Below, one piece after another: positions 1 to 10,067 of a stretch of DNA of 64,000 bases. Position numbers and translations under genes: made by a program. The notes beneath the pieces are model-generated. The model did not search any database. It had not been told where the DNA came from and worked only from the letters and a program-made list of their open reading frames with translations. Within the stretch, counting starts at the first letter, position 1, and each line of letters begins with the position of its first letter. The stretch is from Vulcanimicrobiota bacterium. Its GTDB lineage: Bacteria; Vulcanimicrobiota; Xenobia; Xenobiales; JADMJV01. Location of the stretch: the NCBI GenBank assembly GCA_050250895.1, contig JBFWNU010000008.1, positions 288,001-352,000 of the forward strand, written 5' to 3'.

Positions 1-1
1 T

Positions 2-79
2 TTGGTTTCGAGTCCGGAGGCCCACCCGACCTACCGGCAGCACCTGCAAAAGGTGCTCGACAGCGTCGAATGGCTCTGA
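2..79 (+). CDS. 3' end of a gene entering from the left edge (…HPTYRQHLQKVLDSVEWL*)
   Basis: Open frame from position 2 to TGA at 77-79 with plausible codon usage; partial. Confidence 0.5.
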   Translation: MVSSPEAHPTYRQHLQKVLDSVEWL

Positions 80-128
80 GCCAGCGATGTAAACAGTTTA
101 TGATTCGACCACCGGTGAGCCGAAGCTG

Positions 129-137
129 TGCTATAAT
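129..137 (+). promoter_or_regulatory. Extended -10 promoter (TG-C-TATAAT), probably leaderless, for pilin cluster 1
   Basis: TGCTATAAT at 129-137; ATG at 145 lies 7 nt downstream. Confidence 0.6.
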
Positions 138-144
138 TGGGAGA

Positions 145-633
145 ATGGATCGGGTCCGGACAAGGCGCAACCGTGGCCTTTCGCTACTGGAGATTCTGAT
201 CACCATCATGCTGCTGACCGTGGTGGTGTTGACTTTTGCCGCCATCTATCCCAGCGGGTATCGCCTCAATCGCAAGAGCGCCAAAGCCACGGTTGCCGCA
301 CAAACGGCGAATGCCATCGCCGAAGAGATCCAAAACCTGCCTCTGACCAATGACGCGGGAGGGCTCTCTCTGGCCTTCATGGCCGACAACCCTTACCAGG
401 CCGGCACCGGTCCCTATGCCAACTTCCCCCGGACCGAAATTCCGCCGGGCTTTGTGCTCGAGGATGTGACCGGTGTCAAAGTCACGACCTATGACCTGGT
501 AACCGGTGGAGCCCCCACTGACCTCGCGGTCTTCGCCAACGTCCAGGTCACCATCGGCTTTAAGGAGGAGCGGACCCGCGGTGACGAGCTGATTCGGGTA
601 ACCGTGACCGCATCCAAGACGTGGAACCGCTAA
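145..633 (+). CDS. Type IV minor pilin / pseudopilin (PilV-like)
   Basis: Class III signal RRNRG|LSLLEILITIMLL with Glu at +5; start moved to ATG 145. Confidence 0.85.
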   Translation: MDRVRTRRNRGLSLLEILITIMLLTVVVLTFAAIYPSGYRLNRKSAKATVAAQTANAIAEEIQNLPLTNDAGGLSLAFMADNPYQAGTGPYANFPRTEIPPGFVLEDVTGVKVTTYDLVTGGAPTDLAVFANVQVTIGFKEERTRGDELIRVTVTASKTWNR

Positions 634-1496
634 GCAAGAGAGCTTTCACTCTGATCGAGGCGGTGGTGGCCGCCGCCCTGCTGGTGATTTTGGGAACCGT
701 CATCTGGCAGTTGCTTTCTTTTGGGATTCGAGCCCACGGTAAAGGAGAGGCCCATCGTCTGGCCCAGTCCAACGCCCGCCAGATTCTCGATCTTTTAACC
801 TCAGAGTTGCGGTCGGCGGTGGTCTTGCCAGTGGCGACTCCAACTCTCAAGTCGGCCGTGCTCTGGCCCGATCCCTGGGGGACCCAGGGTGGTGTCGCCT
901 TCGACCCGGCCACTTTCTATCCCCGGGTCGAGCAAAACGAGGGCACCACCAATCCTATCCTCTTCGACCAGGTCAGCAACCGGGTCATCTTCTCGCGGGC
1001 CGGGCGGCAGACCGGTGACCAGACCTTCACCTCGATCGATCTGGCCGACTACGTATATGTCGAATATCTGGTGCCCGAGGCGGCCCGCCACACCCTGGTC
1101 CGAAACGTCTATACCACCCAGGGCCTGACCGCCCTGGCTACCCAGAACATCAACGACGCTCAGGGGGATTCCAATCTCGAGTGGTTGGTCGAGCCAAGCT
1201 ATTTTGACGGGCAGAGCAACTTGCAGGCTCGCGAGGTGGTGGCCGAACTAAACGATCGCAACGACCGCATCAACTTCAAGGTGATGCATCCCCGTTACGA
1301 GAACCCGGCCGACGCCGCTGGCACCATCGATCCCGAGTTGTTCGATCCCCGGGTTTTCAAGGTCGAGGTTGAGGTCGGGGTCGGCCAGACCGAGCAGCAG
1401 GTCGACGGTCAGGATTTTGGCCCAGGAGACACCTTTAACGGCTACGAGAAACTTGACGGGCAGGTGCGGGTGCAATCCGCAGAAACAGTGAGGTGA
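621..1496 (+). CDS. Type IV minor pilin (PilW/PulJ-like)
   Basis: SKRA|FTLIEAVVAAALLVILG prepilin motif; overlaps both neighbours. Confidence 0.85.
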   Translation: MEPLSKRAFTLIEAVVAAALLVILGTVIWQLLSFGIRAHGKGEAHRLAQSNARQILDLLTSELRSAVVLPVATPTLKSAVLWPDPWGTQGGVAFDPATFYPRVEQNEGTTNPILFDQVSNRVIFSRAGRQTGDQTFTSIDLADYVYVEYLVPEAARHTLVRNVYTTQGLTALATQNINDAQGDSNLEWLVEPSYFDGQSNLQAREVVAELNDRNDRINFKVMHPRYENPADAAGTIDPELFDPRVFKVEVEVGVGQTEQQVDGQDFGPGDTFNGYEKLDGQVRVQSAETVR

Positions 1497-3766
1497 CAAC
1501 CATGAAGGTCAACAAGAGAAGGGGCATTTCGCTCATTCTGGCACTGTTCACCACGGTGGTGCTGCTCACGTTGAGCATTGCCTTCATCGCCCTGGCCCTG
1601 GGTGAGGCGCGCACTTCTCGTTCGGCCTCTTACGCCGTAGTGGCATCCAACACCGCGAACTGGGGCATCGAGTTCACCCTCAACTACATGGGACGCGGGG
1701 GCAATTGGTCCACCCAGTTCAGCCCCCTCGACTTCACCGTCTTCGAGGTGCTTAACGCCGCTCAGCCCAACGGTCAGGTGCACCTGACCGGTCCCGACGG
1801 CAATCTGTCAGCCACCGTCACCGTGCCTGCCACCGGAGACCCAAACACCCGCCTGGTCACCATCACCGGGCCTGGCCCCGGCGGTGCGCCCGTGGTAGTG
1901 GGCTCGGGGTCTGAGCAGTTGCTCGGTCAAGTCGAGGTCGAGGTGACCCCCATCAAGGTTACCGGCATCGCCGGCCAGCAGCCCCAGTTTCAGCTGATCT
2001 CGCGGGCTCGAGTTACCCGGCCCGGCGGTGAGCAGGTGGCCAGCCGTGTGATCGAGGCCCGGGTGCGCCAGAAGCCCGAGACTTCCGATCTGATGCACAT
2101 CCAAAATTTGCGGAGTTGGGACGCCCAGGGAGCCGGTGTTGGCAATCCCGAGATGGCCGATAAAATTCTGGTGCCCCGAAGCTTCAAGGCCGACGGCACC
2201 GTGCGCATCACCGGCACCGACCCGGCGGTACCCGGGGCTCCCTGGGCCACCCAGTCTGGCAATGTGCGCCTGGAGAACCCCGACTCCCAGAATCTGGCCT
2301 TCGAAGGACCGTTGTTCATCAACCGCCTCGGCAATCTCGGTCCGACTGGCAACAGCTTTCTGCAGCCTGACCTGGCTGCTTACCAGGGCGGAGTATTTTT
2401 CGGCTCCGATTTCGTCCCGCTCCCCGATGTCAGCTTCTATCTCAACCGCGACAAAGACGGCAACGGCTCGGTCAACCAGGCGGGCACCATCAACAACTTC
2501 GATTTGGCCAACGCCGGCGAGGAGCGTGGCTTGCTCTACGCCGCCTCGATCGATACCAACGGCGACCCCGTGCCCCAGGGGCAACTGGTGAGCGGCTACT
2601 ATCCGGTCAACCGCACTCTGGTCGAGGCCGGCCACCAGGCTCATCCCCGGTTGCCCGACGCTTCCGCCTCTCTGCCGGTGACGCTGCAAGACTACCGGCC
2701 TCCGACCCCCGAGGTCGAGATCGTGCTGATGGACGGCGGCATGATCCAGGTCAACTACTGGGAGACCAACTTTGGGGACGGCGGGATTTCCAACACCGAC
2801 GGCTCGCTCAATTCGGTGGGAGCCAGCCAGGGCAATGTGGGACGCGTTGGCCAGCCCTTCCACATCAGCCAGCTCAAGCATGGCACCATCTATGTCGAGG
2901 GTGGCAATGCCGTGGTGCGCTCTGAACTGTCGGGCGGTGAGGCTTCCGAATTCGAAGGACGCCTTCAGATCGTGGCTGCCGAAGACGCCTCGCGCCGGCC
3001 GATCGCTGGCGCCAATCCGCCTGCCTACAACAACGTGGCCGGGTCGATCTACAATCAGGCTGCCCGCGAGTTCTTCAACTATCAGAAGACGCTGGTCGAA
3101 TTGCCCAGTGACGATCCTAACTACGTTCCCCCCGAGAATTTCCATGCTCCGCCCTATACCGGCGCCGAACTCCGGGCGGCTGCCGCCTCGGGCATCGTTA
3201 CCTCGCCCGTCAACGGGCTGCCCAACGACGGCACCGTGTACTGGCCCCCGCCAGCGGCCACGGTCGATCGAGAAGGCAATCTGGTGGTGGCCGGTGATAT
3301 CAAGAAGTCACAAAACACCAATTCGGTCATCGGTTTGTCGGCCGAGAATTTCGTCTTGCTCAACGACCGCACCGCCGGCCTCAAGCAGAACCCGAAAGAG
3401 CTGGTGGTCGATGCCGTGCTGATGAGCTTCGAGCACTCGGTGCAGCTCGACTGGGACAACACTGGCAACAACCGGGTCAAGGTGGGCAACAACGACCTCC
3501 ACGATGTGTTGGTGGCCCCCGGCTTCAACGGCAAGTTCGTCTATCAGGGCTCGCTGATCAGCGCCTTTTCCGATGTGGAAGGCGATGTCAACGGCAAGGG
3601 TTATCCCGACCAGGACCTTACCCATGACCGCGACCTGCTGAACGTGACCCCACCCTTCCAGCCGCGGGCCTTGCTCGCCAACTACCCCAACGAGCAGATT
3701 TCGATCGAGTGGCAGATCAAGCAGTACGTCGACCGCGGTAGCCTCAACACCTATCTCACCAATTGA
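1493..3766 (+). CDS. Large PilX/GspK-like pilus-tip protein
   Basis: KRRG|ISLILAL prepilin without Glu+5 (PilX hallmark); long Gly/Asn/Pro-rich beta domain; DKDGNG Ca-binding-like motif. Start may be ATG 1502. Confidence 0.75.
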   Translation: MTTMKVNKRRGISLILALFTTVVLLTLSIAFIALALGEARTSRSASYAVVASNTANWGIEFTLNYMGRGGNWSTQFSPLDFTVFEVLNAAQPNGQVHLTGPDGNLSATVTVPATGDPNTRLVTITGPGPGGAPVVVGSGSEQLLGQVEVEVTPIKVTGIAGQQPQFQLISRARVTRPGGEQVASRVIEARVRQKPETSDLMHIQNLRSWDAQGAGVGNPEMADKILVPRSFKADGTVRITGTDPAVPGAPWATQSGNVRLENPDSQNLAFEGPLFINRLGNLGPTGNSFLQPDLAAYQGGVFFGSDFVPLPDVSFYLNRDKDGNGSVNQAGTINNFDLANAGEERGLLYAASIDTNGDPVPQGQLVSGYYPVNRTLVEAGHQAHPRLPDASASLPVTLQDYRPPTPEVEIVLMDGGMIQVNYWETNFGDGGISNTDGSLNSVGASQGNVGRVGQPFHISQLKHGTIYVEGGNAVVRSELSGGEASEFEGRLQIVAAEDASRRPIAGANPPAYNNVAGSIYNQAAREFFNYQKTLVELPSDDPNYVPPENFHAPPYTGAELRAAAASGIVTSPVNGLPNDGTVYWPPPAATVDREGNLVVAGDIKKSQNTNSVIGLSAENFVLLNDRTAGLKQNPKELVVDAVLMSFEHSVQLDWDNTGNNRVKVGNNDLHDVLVAPGFNGKFVYQGSLISAFSDVEGDVNGKGYPDQDLTHDRDLLNVTPPFQPRALLANYPNEQISIEWQIKQYVDRGSLNTYLTN

Positions 3767-5097
3767 ACCAGTATCGTCACTCCAGCAGATTAGACTTCAC
3801 CCCTGCGCAAGTCTACGACTGGCACGTGCGAGCGGGAGCTTTTCCACGCCTGGTTCCACCCTGGACTCCGGTCAAGATGCTCGAGGGCCAGGCCACGATC
3901 GAAGAGGGGTCGATCCGCCGTCTCGGCCTCGGCTTTGGGCCCTGGCAGGCGCACTGGGTCGCTCTTCATCGAGACTTTGAGCCTGGCCGGCAGTTTGTCG
4001 ACGAGCAACTGCACGGGCCTTTCTCGAGTTGGGTTCATACCCACCGATTTGAGCCCGACGGAGAAGGCTGCCGATTAGACGATCGGATTGACTATCGGTT
4101 TCCCTTCGGCTTGCCCCTGGGCGGTCTTTTTCGCCCGGAACTCGAGCGCATGTTCACCTACCGCCACCAGCGCACTCGCCGCGACCTGGAGCGCCATCAG
4201 GGAGTGGCCCCGCTCAAAGTGGCCATTTCGGGTAGGTCGGGGCTGATCGGAGGGAACCTTGCTCCTTTCTTGCAGGGCGGCTGCCATCAGGTTCTCTCGC
4301 TGGTGCGCCACCAGCCGGCCAGTCCCGACGAGGCTCGCTGGCTTCCCGAGACGGACCTGGCGGCCCTCGAGGGGGTCGACGCCGTGGTGCATCTGGCCGG
4401 GGAATCGGTGGCCGGCCTGTGGACCAAAGCTCGCAAGAGCCGCATCCTCGAGTCGCGACGCGCGGGCACCGTGACTCTGTGCCGGGCCCTGGCCCGGTTG
4501 AAGAACCCTCCTCGGGTATTGGTCTGTGCTTCGGCGGTCGGTTACTACGGCCACCGCGACGAGCAGATCCTCGACGAGACATCGACCTCGGGGGAAGGCT
4601 TCCTGGCCGAGGTGTGTCGCGATTGGGAAGAGGCCACCGAGCCGGCTCGAACAGCCGGGATTCGGGTCGTCAACCTGCGCATCGGCGTGGTGCTGACCCC
4701 GGCCGGAGGCGCGCTGGGCGCGATGTTCTGGCCATTCTGGCTAGGCCTCGGAGCGATAGCAGGCAGCGGTCGGCAATACGTCAGCTGGATTTCTCTAGAC
4801 GACCTTATCGGCATGATCTATCATGCCATTTTGACCGAGGAGCTTCACGGGCCCGTCAATGCCGTCGGTCCCGAACCGGTGACCCAGGCTGAGTTCGCCC
4901 GCACCCTCGGTCGCGTTCTGCGCCGGCCGGTGCTGGCCCGGGCTCCGGAAAGTCTGCTGAGGTTGGCCCTGGGTGAGGCCTCGGCTATCGTGCTCGAGAG
5001 CACCCGGGTCCTACCAAGACGGGCCATCGATTCGGGCTTTAGCTTCTATTCGAACGAGCTCGAGTCGGCGCTACGCTGGGAGTTGGGTCGACTCTGA
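3763..5097 (+). CDS. TIGR01777-family NAD-dependent epimerase with N-terminal SRPBCC domain
   Basis: SRPBCC motif FVDEQLHGPFSSWVHTHRF; ISGRSGLIG Rossmann motif; SAVGYYG; GFLAEVCRDWE. Confidence 0.9.
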   Translation: MNQYRHSSRLDFTPAQVYDWHVRAGAFPRLVPPWTPVKMLEGQATIEEGSIRRLGLGFGPWQAHWVALHRDFEPGRQFVDEQLHGPFSSWVHTHRFEPDGEGCRLDDRIDYRFPFGLPLGGLFRPELERMFTYRHQRTRRDLERHQGVAPLKVAISGRSGLIGGNLAPFLQGGCHQVLSLVRHQPASPDEARWLPETDLAALEGVDAVVHLAGESVAGLWTKARKSRILESRRAGTVTLCRALARLKNPPRVLVCASAVGYYGHRDEQILDETSTSGEGFLAEVCRDWEEATEPARTAGIRVVNLRIGVVLTPAGGALGAMFWPFWLGLGAIAGSGRQYVSWISLDDLIGMIYHAILTEELHGPVNAVGPEPVTQAEFARTLGRVLRRPVLARAPESLLRLALGEASAIVLESTRVLPRRAIDSGFSFYSNELESALRWELGRL

Positions 5098-5102
5098 CAG
5101 GA

Positions 5103-5140
5103 TTGATGCAGTGATGACAATGTGGTATGATCATGCATCA
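5103..5140 (+). promoter_or_regulatory. vapBC promoter with overlapping inverted-repeat operator
   Basis: TTGATG (5103-5108), 17 nt, TATGAT (5126-5131); inverted repeat TGATGCA (5104-5110) / TGCATCA (5134-5140). Confidence 0.65.
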
Positions 5141-5391
5141 TGAGGACCACCATCACCATCGATGACCACCTTCTCGACGAGCTGAAAATCCGTGCCGCCA
5201 GATTAGGAACCACCGTCAGTCGCTTGATCGAAGAAGCGGTTCGGACCTCACTTCGCCCCGAGGGTGATGGCCAAAAGACCGATTTCCACGTGATCACCTA
5301 CGGCGGGACGGGTCGGTTCACGGAGATGGACTTGAATAAGACCTCTCGGCTAACCGAGTTTGATGACGCGGCTCGCTTTGCCGAGCACTGA
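5140..5391 (+). CDS. vapB: VapB antitoxin (ribbon-helix-helix)
   Basis: MRTTITIDDHLL…TTVSRLIEEAVR; TGATG coupling to a PIN gene. Confidence 0.9.
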   Translation: MRTTITIDDHLLDELKIRAARLGTTVSRLIEEAVRTSLRPEGDGQKTDFHVITYGGTGRFTEMDLNKTSRLTEFDDAARFAEH

Positions 5392-5825
5392 TGCTCCTGC
5401 CAGACATCAACGCGCTCATCTATGCCCACCGTAGCGACGGTCCCGAGCATGAGCTATTCAGGGAGTGGCTGGTCAGCCTGGTCACGTCGCCGTCGCCATT
5501 CGGCATGTCCGACTTTGTTATGACCGGCTTTGTGCGTATCGTCACCAATCGCCGTATCTTCTCCGAGCCGACGCCGAGGCCAGTGGCGGTCGGTTTCCTG
5601 GAAGAGTTGCTCGGACGAGCGAATTGTGTGCTGGTGCTACCTGGTGCTCGGCAGTGGCCTCTCACTGTTCGTCTGTGCGAAGAGGCCGACATCACCGGGT
5701 CCATGGTCAGCGACGCCTACCTGGCGGCTTTGGCCATCGACCACGGATGCGAACTTGTGACCACCGACAGTGATTTTGCCCGCTTTCCGGGCCTGCGCTG
5801 GTCGCATCCACTGGCTGCCCGCTGA
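5391..5825 (+). CDS. vapC: VapC PIN-domain toxin
   Basis: LPDINALIYAH…DAYLAALA…TTDSDFARF PIN acidic residues. Confidence 0.92.
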   Translation: MLLPDINALIYAHRSDGPEHELFREWLVSLVTSPSPFGMSDFVMTGFVRIVTNRRIFSEPTPRPVAVGFLEELLGRANCVLVLPGARQWPLTVRLCEEADITGSMVSDAYLAALAIDHGCELVTTDSDFARFPGLRWSHPLAAR

Positions 5826-5831
5826 GGTGCT

Positions 5832-7619
5832 CTAGCAACTCGGCTCTGCACTGGGAGCTGGACCGCCTCTGACCTCGCTGGGGGCCGGCAGGGCCACCGT
5901 GATCTTGGTGCCCACGCCCACCTGGCTCTCGGCCCAGACGCGGCCGCGGTGCATTTCGACAATCTCGCGCACGATGGCCAGACCCAGCCCGGTGCCGCCG
6001 ACTTTGCGCACCTCGCGACTGCGGAAGAAGTGCTCGAAGAGGTGGGGCAATTCCTCGGGGGGGATGCCCGGCCCGGTGTCTTCGATCTCCATTTGCCATT
6101 CGCTGCCTTCGAGCCGGGTTCGCACCGAAACCTGGCCTCCTTTGGGGGTGAATTTCACGGCGTTGTCGACCAGATTGATGATCACCTGTTTGAGCCGGTC
6201 GCGATCGACCGGCACCGGCGCCGGTCGTAAGCCTCCGCCCAGGTGAGCGCTCAGGGATACACCCTGACGTTCGGCGTGCACGGTCAGCATCTCGACCGCC
6301 TCGGAAACGACTTCTTCTAGCCGCACCGGCTCAAGCTCCAGAGTGAGCTTGCGGCTGCGCATCTTGGTCAGGTCGAGCAGGTCATTGACCAGGCGGGTAA
6401 GTCGGTCGGCCTCTTGATCGATGGTGACCAGCGGCTTGCGCAGGCCGGGGTCGAGTTCGGGCATGTCTATCAAGGTTGCGGCAAAGCCCTTGATGATGGT
6501 CAGGGGTGTGCGCAACTCGTGGCTGACCGAGCCGAGAAAGAGAGTTCGTACATCTTCGAGTCGGCGGATGTCGGTCATGTCGCGCAGGACTACCACGCAG
6601 GCCCGTTGGTCTTTTTCGTTGCGGTAGGGAAGGATGTAACAGCGAAAGATGCGGGGCGGCAGCCGCAGTTCGAAGGCTTCGGGGCCGGCCGCCGCCCCGC
6701 TTAGCAAGCGCTCGTCAGGTTCGATTGGCCAAACTTCGCCGAGGTGTTTGCCTTCAGCGTCCTGACGGGCTAGTTCGAGGGCTTTCTCGGCGGCCGGATT
6801 GAGATAAACGATTTCACGCTCGGCTCCGAGGCTCAGCACGGGGTCGGGCAAGGAAGCCAGCAAGGTGCGAATGCGGTTGCGTTCTGAAATCAGTTGGCCC
6901 AGTCGCTGTTGAAGCTGGGCGGCCATGTAATTGATGGTGTCTGCCAACTCCTCGAGTTCGACCAACCCCGAGCCCGTCTGGACTCTTTGTTCGAGGTCGC
7001 CCTGGGCGATCTTGGTGGCCGTCTGGCGTACCTGTTGAATCGGCAGAAGCAGGTTGCGGGCCAACAGCATCGCCCCCAGGCATGAAACGCAGAGGGCCAC
7101 GGCCAGGGCGGCAAAGAGTCGGTTTCTGAGAATCGCGAAGGTGTCGTCGAGTTCGCTCAGGCGTGACGAAATGTCCACGTAGCCCACGGTTCGGGGGGCC
7201 GGATACTCCAGCCGGATGGGGGTCGTGACATGGACGATCAGGGCACCCGTCTCGGGATGCTCGTTCCAGGTGAGGGGACGGTCCTGGCCAAGGGCATCGG
7301 GCTGCAGGCTGCCGCCGGGGTCCGAGGTGAGCGAGTCTCCGAGGATCTTGCCCTGCTCGTCGGCGATGCGGACCCGCGCCCTGGTCAGAGGCGGAAACTC
7401 TTTCATGACCCAGCGCGCCGATTCGGGCAGGTCGTCGGGGTGCTGAGTATACATGCTCATGAAGTGGCCCATCACCCGGCTCTGGGTGTTGAGTTGGGCC
7501 TCGGCCCGGCGCTCGAGGGAGCGCTCCATCCAGGAGAGGAAGAAAAAGCCGGTCAGGCTAAGGGATGCCGAAACGAGCAGAAGGTAGGTGAGAACCAGCC
7601 TTCCCTGAATCGTTTTCAT
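5832..7619 (-). CDS. Sensor histidine kinase (TM-HAMP-PAS-HisKA-HATPase; WalK/PhoR-like)
   Basis: SHELRTPLT H-box, NLVDNAVKF, DTGPGI, GTGLGL; two TM segments. Confidence 0.93.
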   Translation of the reverse strand: MKTIQGRLVLTYLLLVSASLSLTGFFFLSWMERSLERRAEAQLNTQSRVMGHFMSMYTQHPDDLPESARWVMKEFPPLTRARVRIADEQGKILGDSLTSDPGGSLQPDALGQDRPLTWNEHPETGALIVHVTTPIRLEYPAPRTVGYVDISSRLSELDDTFAILRNRLFAALAVALCVSCLGAMLLARNLLLPIQQVRQTATKIAQGDLEQRVQTGSGLVELEELADTINYMAAQLQQRLGQLISERNRIRTLLASLPDPVLSLGAEREIVYLNPAAEKALELARQDAEGKHLGEVWPIEPDERLLSGAAAGPEAFELRLPPRIFRCYILPYRNEKDQRACVVVLRDMTDIRRLEDVRTLFLGSVSHELRTPLTIIKGFAATLIDMPELDPGLRKPLVTIDQEADRLTRLVNDLLDLTKMRSRKLTLELEPVRLEEVVSEAVEMLTVHAERQGVSLSAHLGGGLRPAPVPVDRDRLKQVIINLVDNAVKFTPKGGQVSVRTRLEGSEWQMEIEDTGPGIPPEELPHLFEHFFRSREVRKVGGTGLGLAIVREIVEMHRGRVWAESQVGVGTKITVALPAPSEVRGGPAPSAEPSC

Positions 7620-8302
7620 CAGTCGAGGGCGAAGCGGTAGCCCTTACCCCACACCGTCTGAATGTACGACGCGGCTCCGCACTTGGAAAGCTTCTCTCGA
7701 ATGTAGCGGATGTGAACGTCGACACTGCGGGCGTCCAGGTGCTCTGACCCCCACACCTCGCGCAAGATCTCGTCGCGGCTGAGAATCTCTTCTTTGCGTG
7801 AGAGCAAGAACGTGATCAGGTCGTATTCGCGCGGGGTGAGGTCGACCTGCTCGCCGTTGACCGTGACGCGACGACGCAACAGGTCGATTTCGACTTGGTC
7901 GTAGCTCAAGATGGTGCCGGTGCCTCCTCCGCCGGTCACCTCGCTGCGGCGCAGCAGGGCTTTGACGCGTGCCACCACCTCTTTGGGGTTGAAGGGCTTG
8001 ACGATATAGTCATCGGCGCCCGTCTCGAGGCCCAAGATTTTGTCTACATCCTCGCCTCGCGCCGTCACCATGATGACAGGAATGGTCGAGAAACCCCGCA
8101 ATTCGGCGCACACTTGAAAGCCATCCATGTCGGGCAGTCCCACATCGAGAAGCATCAGGTCGGGCGAGCCCGAGCGGACCTGATCGAGGGCGGCTTTGCC
8201 ATGGTCGGCGGAGAGGACGGTGTAACCTTCGCGGATGAGGTTCATGGTCAAGATCTCGACGATGGCTTCTTCATCGTCGACGACCAGCACGGTTTTCGAC
8301 AT
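7619..8302 (-). CDS. OmpR/PhoB-family response regulator
   Basis: VVDDE, LLDVGLP, KPF receiver; winged helix ending IQTVWGKGY. Confidence 0.95.
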   Translation of the reverse strand: MSKTVLVVDDEEAIVEILTMNLIREGYTVLSADHGKAALDQVRSGSPDLMLLDVGLPDMDGFQVCAELRGFSTIPVIMVTARGEDVDKILGLETGADDYIVKPFNPKEVVARVKALLRRSEVTGGGGTGTILSYDQVEIDLLRRRVTVNGEQVDLTPREYDLITFLLSRKEEILSRDEILREVWGSEHLDARSVDVHIRYIREKLSKCGAASYIQTVWGKGYRFALD

Positions 8303-8342
8303 ACTGGCGGGTTCGACTTACATGCCGGCTGGCCTTCCGCGG

Positions 8343-9968
8343 CTAGCGGCCGGTGTTATAGCCGGGGATGCCGGGAGGCCCGCCAAAGCCACCGGGGTGT
8401 GGCGGTGGGTGTCCCCCGCCAGGCGGAGGTGGCGGAAAACCGGGAGGCGGGAAGGGTGGATGCCCGTGGCGGGGAGGCGGCGGGGCCGGCTGCTCAGCCG
8501 GCGGCTCGGGCTGAGCAGGCTTGGCAGCCACTCGGGCCGGCTCCGGGGGCTTTTCGGGCGAAGGCTCGGTCTTTGGTTGGCGAGACGCTTTAGGATAGCT
8601 GCTGGCCCTGGGGTACGACGAGACCGCCGGCTTCGAGCGAGAAGTCCTCTTGGGTTCGGTCTCTTCCACCGGCTCGGGCACGAAAGTCGGCTCGGGCTGG
8701 CGGACGGCGGTGGGTTGCGGTCGGGAGGACGGCTGCGGTCGGGCAGTCTCGGCCGGAATATAATCAGGAGTCGGGCGGCTCGGCTCGCGCTCGGCCACTT
8801 TGGTCGATTTGAGCACGCTGGCTGGAGCCACCACCTCTTCGCGGGTGTCGGTGGTGACCACGGCCGGCGTTTCTTGCGGCTGGGCCCGGGTAGTGGGGCC
8901 ATTCATCAGGCCGATGGTCAAGAAGACGGCGGCCACACAGACCATGGCCCAGATCAAGCCGGCCGGCACCCTGGGCGGTTCATCCATGGGAGCGGTCGAG
9001 GCCGGAACCTGAAAATCTTGAAGAGTGCTGGGTTTGGCCGTGAGGCTGGCAGCCAGGGCTGGATGGACGGCTGTGGCCGTGAACTGCTCGGTGGAAGGGC
9101 CGAGATTTTCGGTCATCTGCTCGGGGCCCGACAGCTCCTTAGTGACTTCACTCAGAGCACTCGAGGCATCCGACATCTTCAAGTAACGCTGCTCTTTGCG
9201 CAGGCCCATCATCTTGACCAGAACGCCTTGCAGTTTTAGAGGGATGGCAGGGTTGAGGTCACGAGGCGGCACCAGTTTGCTGCCATCAGAGATCAACTCG
9301 ACCGGGCTCTTGGGAATCTGATTGGTCAGCAGGTGATACAGAGTGGCTCCCAGGCTGTAGATGTCCGAGCGCGGGTCGGTGCTGCCGGCCCCCTGGTATT
9401 GCTCGATGGGCGAGTAGCCGGCCGAACCGACCCCCTGGAGGAAGGTGGCCGTTTGATCGCCTGGGTCGAAGGCCCGGGCGATGCCGAAATCGATGAGTCG
9501 GATGGTACCCTGTTCGTCGAGCATGATGTTGCTCGGTTTGAGGTCACGAAAAAGGATGGGGGGATTCTGGGTGTGGAGGTAGTCGAGCACCGAGCAGAGC
9601 TGGCCGGCCCAATCGAGCACCTGAGCCACCGGAAAGGCTGCGCCCCGGCTATGGAGTTGCTCGGCCAGCGTGGTGCCCTTGACGTAGCCCATCACCAGGT
9701 AATACTTGCCGCCTTCTTCGAAGAAGTCGGTCACCGGCACGAGATTGGGGTGACTCAGATTGGCTAGGAAACTGGCTTCTTGTTGAAACTGGGCGATGGC
9801 TCGCTGCTGGTTCTCGGGGCTGGTCTCGGGGATGAACATCTCCTTGATGGCCACCGGCTTGTTGCCCAGCGCCTCGACCCGAGCGAGATAAACCGCCGCC
9901 ATGCCTCCCTGGCCCAGCGGTTTCTCGACAACATAACGTCCCGAAAGACGGATTCCGGCGGTCAGCAT
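8343..9968 (-). CDS. Hanks-type Ser/Thr protein kinase with TM and Pro-rich C-terminus
   Basis: LGQGGMAAVY, VAIKE, FRDLKPSN, DFG, SDIYSLG; TM near residue 340. Confidence 0.95.
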   Translation of the reverse strand: MLTAGIRLSGRYVVEKPLGQGGMAAVYLARVEALGNKPVAIKEMFIPETSPENQQRAIAQFQQEASFLANLSHPNLVPVTDFFEEGGKYYLVMGYVKGTTLAEQLHSRGAAFPVAQVLDWAGQLCSVLDYLHTQNPPILFRDLKPSNIMLDEQGTIRLIDFGIARAFDPGDQTATFLQGVGSAGYSPIEQYQGAGSTDPRSDIYSLGATLYHLLTNQIPKSPVELISDGSKLVPPRDLNPAIPLKLQGVLVKMMGLRKEQRYLKMSDASSALSEVTKELSGPEQMTENLGPSTEQFTATAVHPALAASLTAKPSTLQDFQVPASTAPMDEPPRVPAGLIWAMVCVAAVFLTIGLMNGPTTRAQPQETPAVVTTDTREEVVAPASVLKSTKVAEREPSRPTPDYIPAETARPQPSSRPQPTAVRQPEPTFVPEPVEETEPKRTSRSKPAVSSYPRASSYPKASRQPKTEPSPEKPPEPARVAAKPAQPEPPAEQPAPPPPRHGHPPFPPPGFPPPPPGGGHPPPHPGGFGGPPGIPGYNTGR

Positions 9969-10067
9969 TGAGGTGGCGCTCCTAAAGTCGCGATCGGAAG
10001 GACAAACCCTCTTCTCAATGTTTTAGCATGAAGTTGGCGACAACCTGCATCGAAATGTATAAAAAGT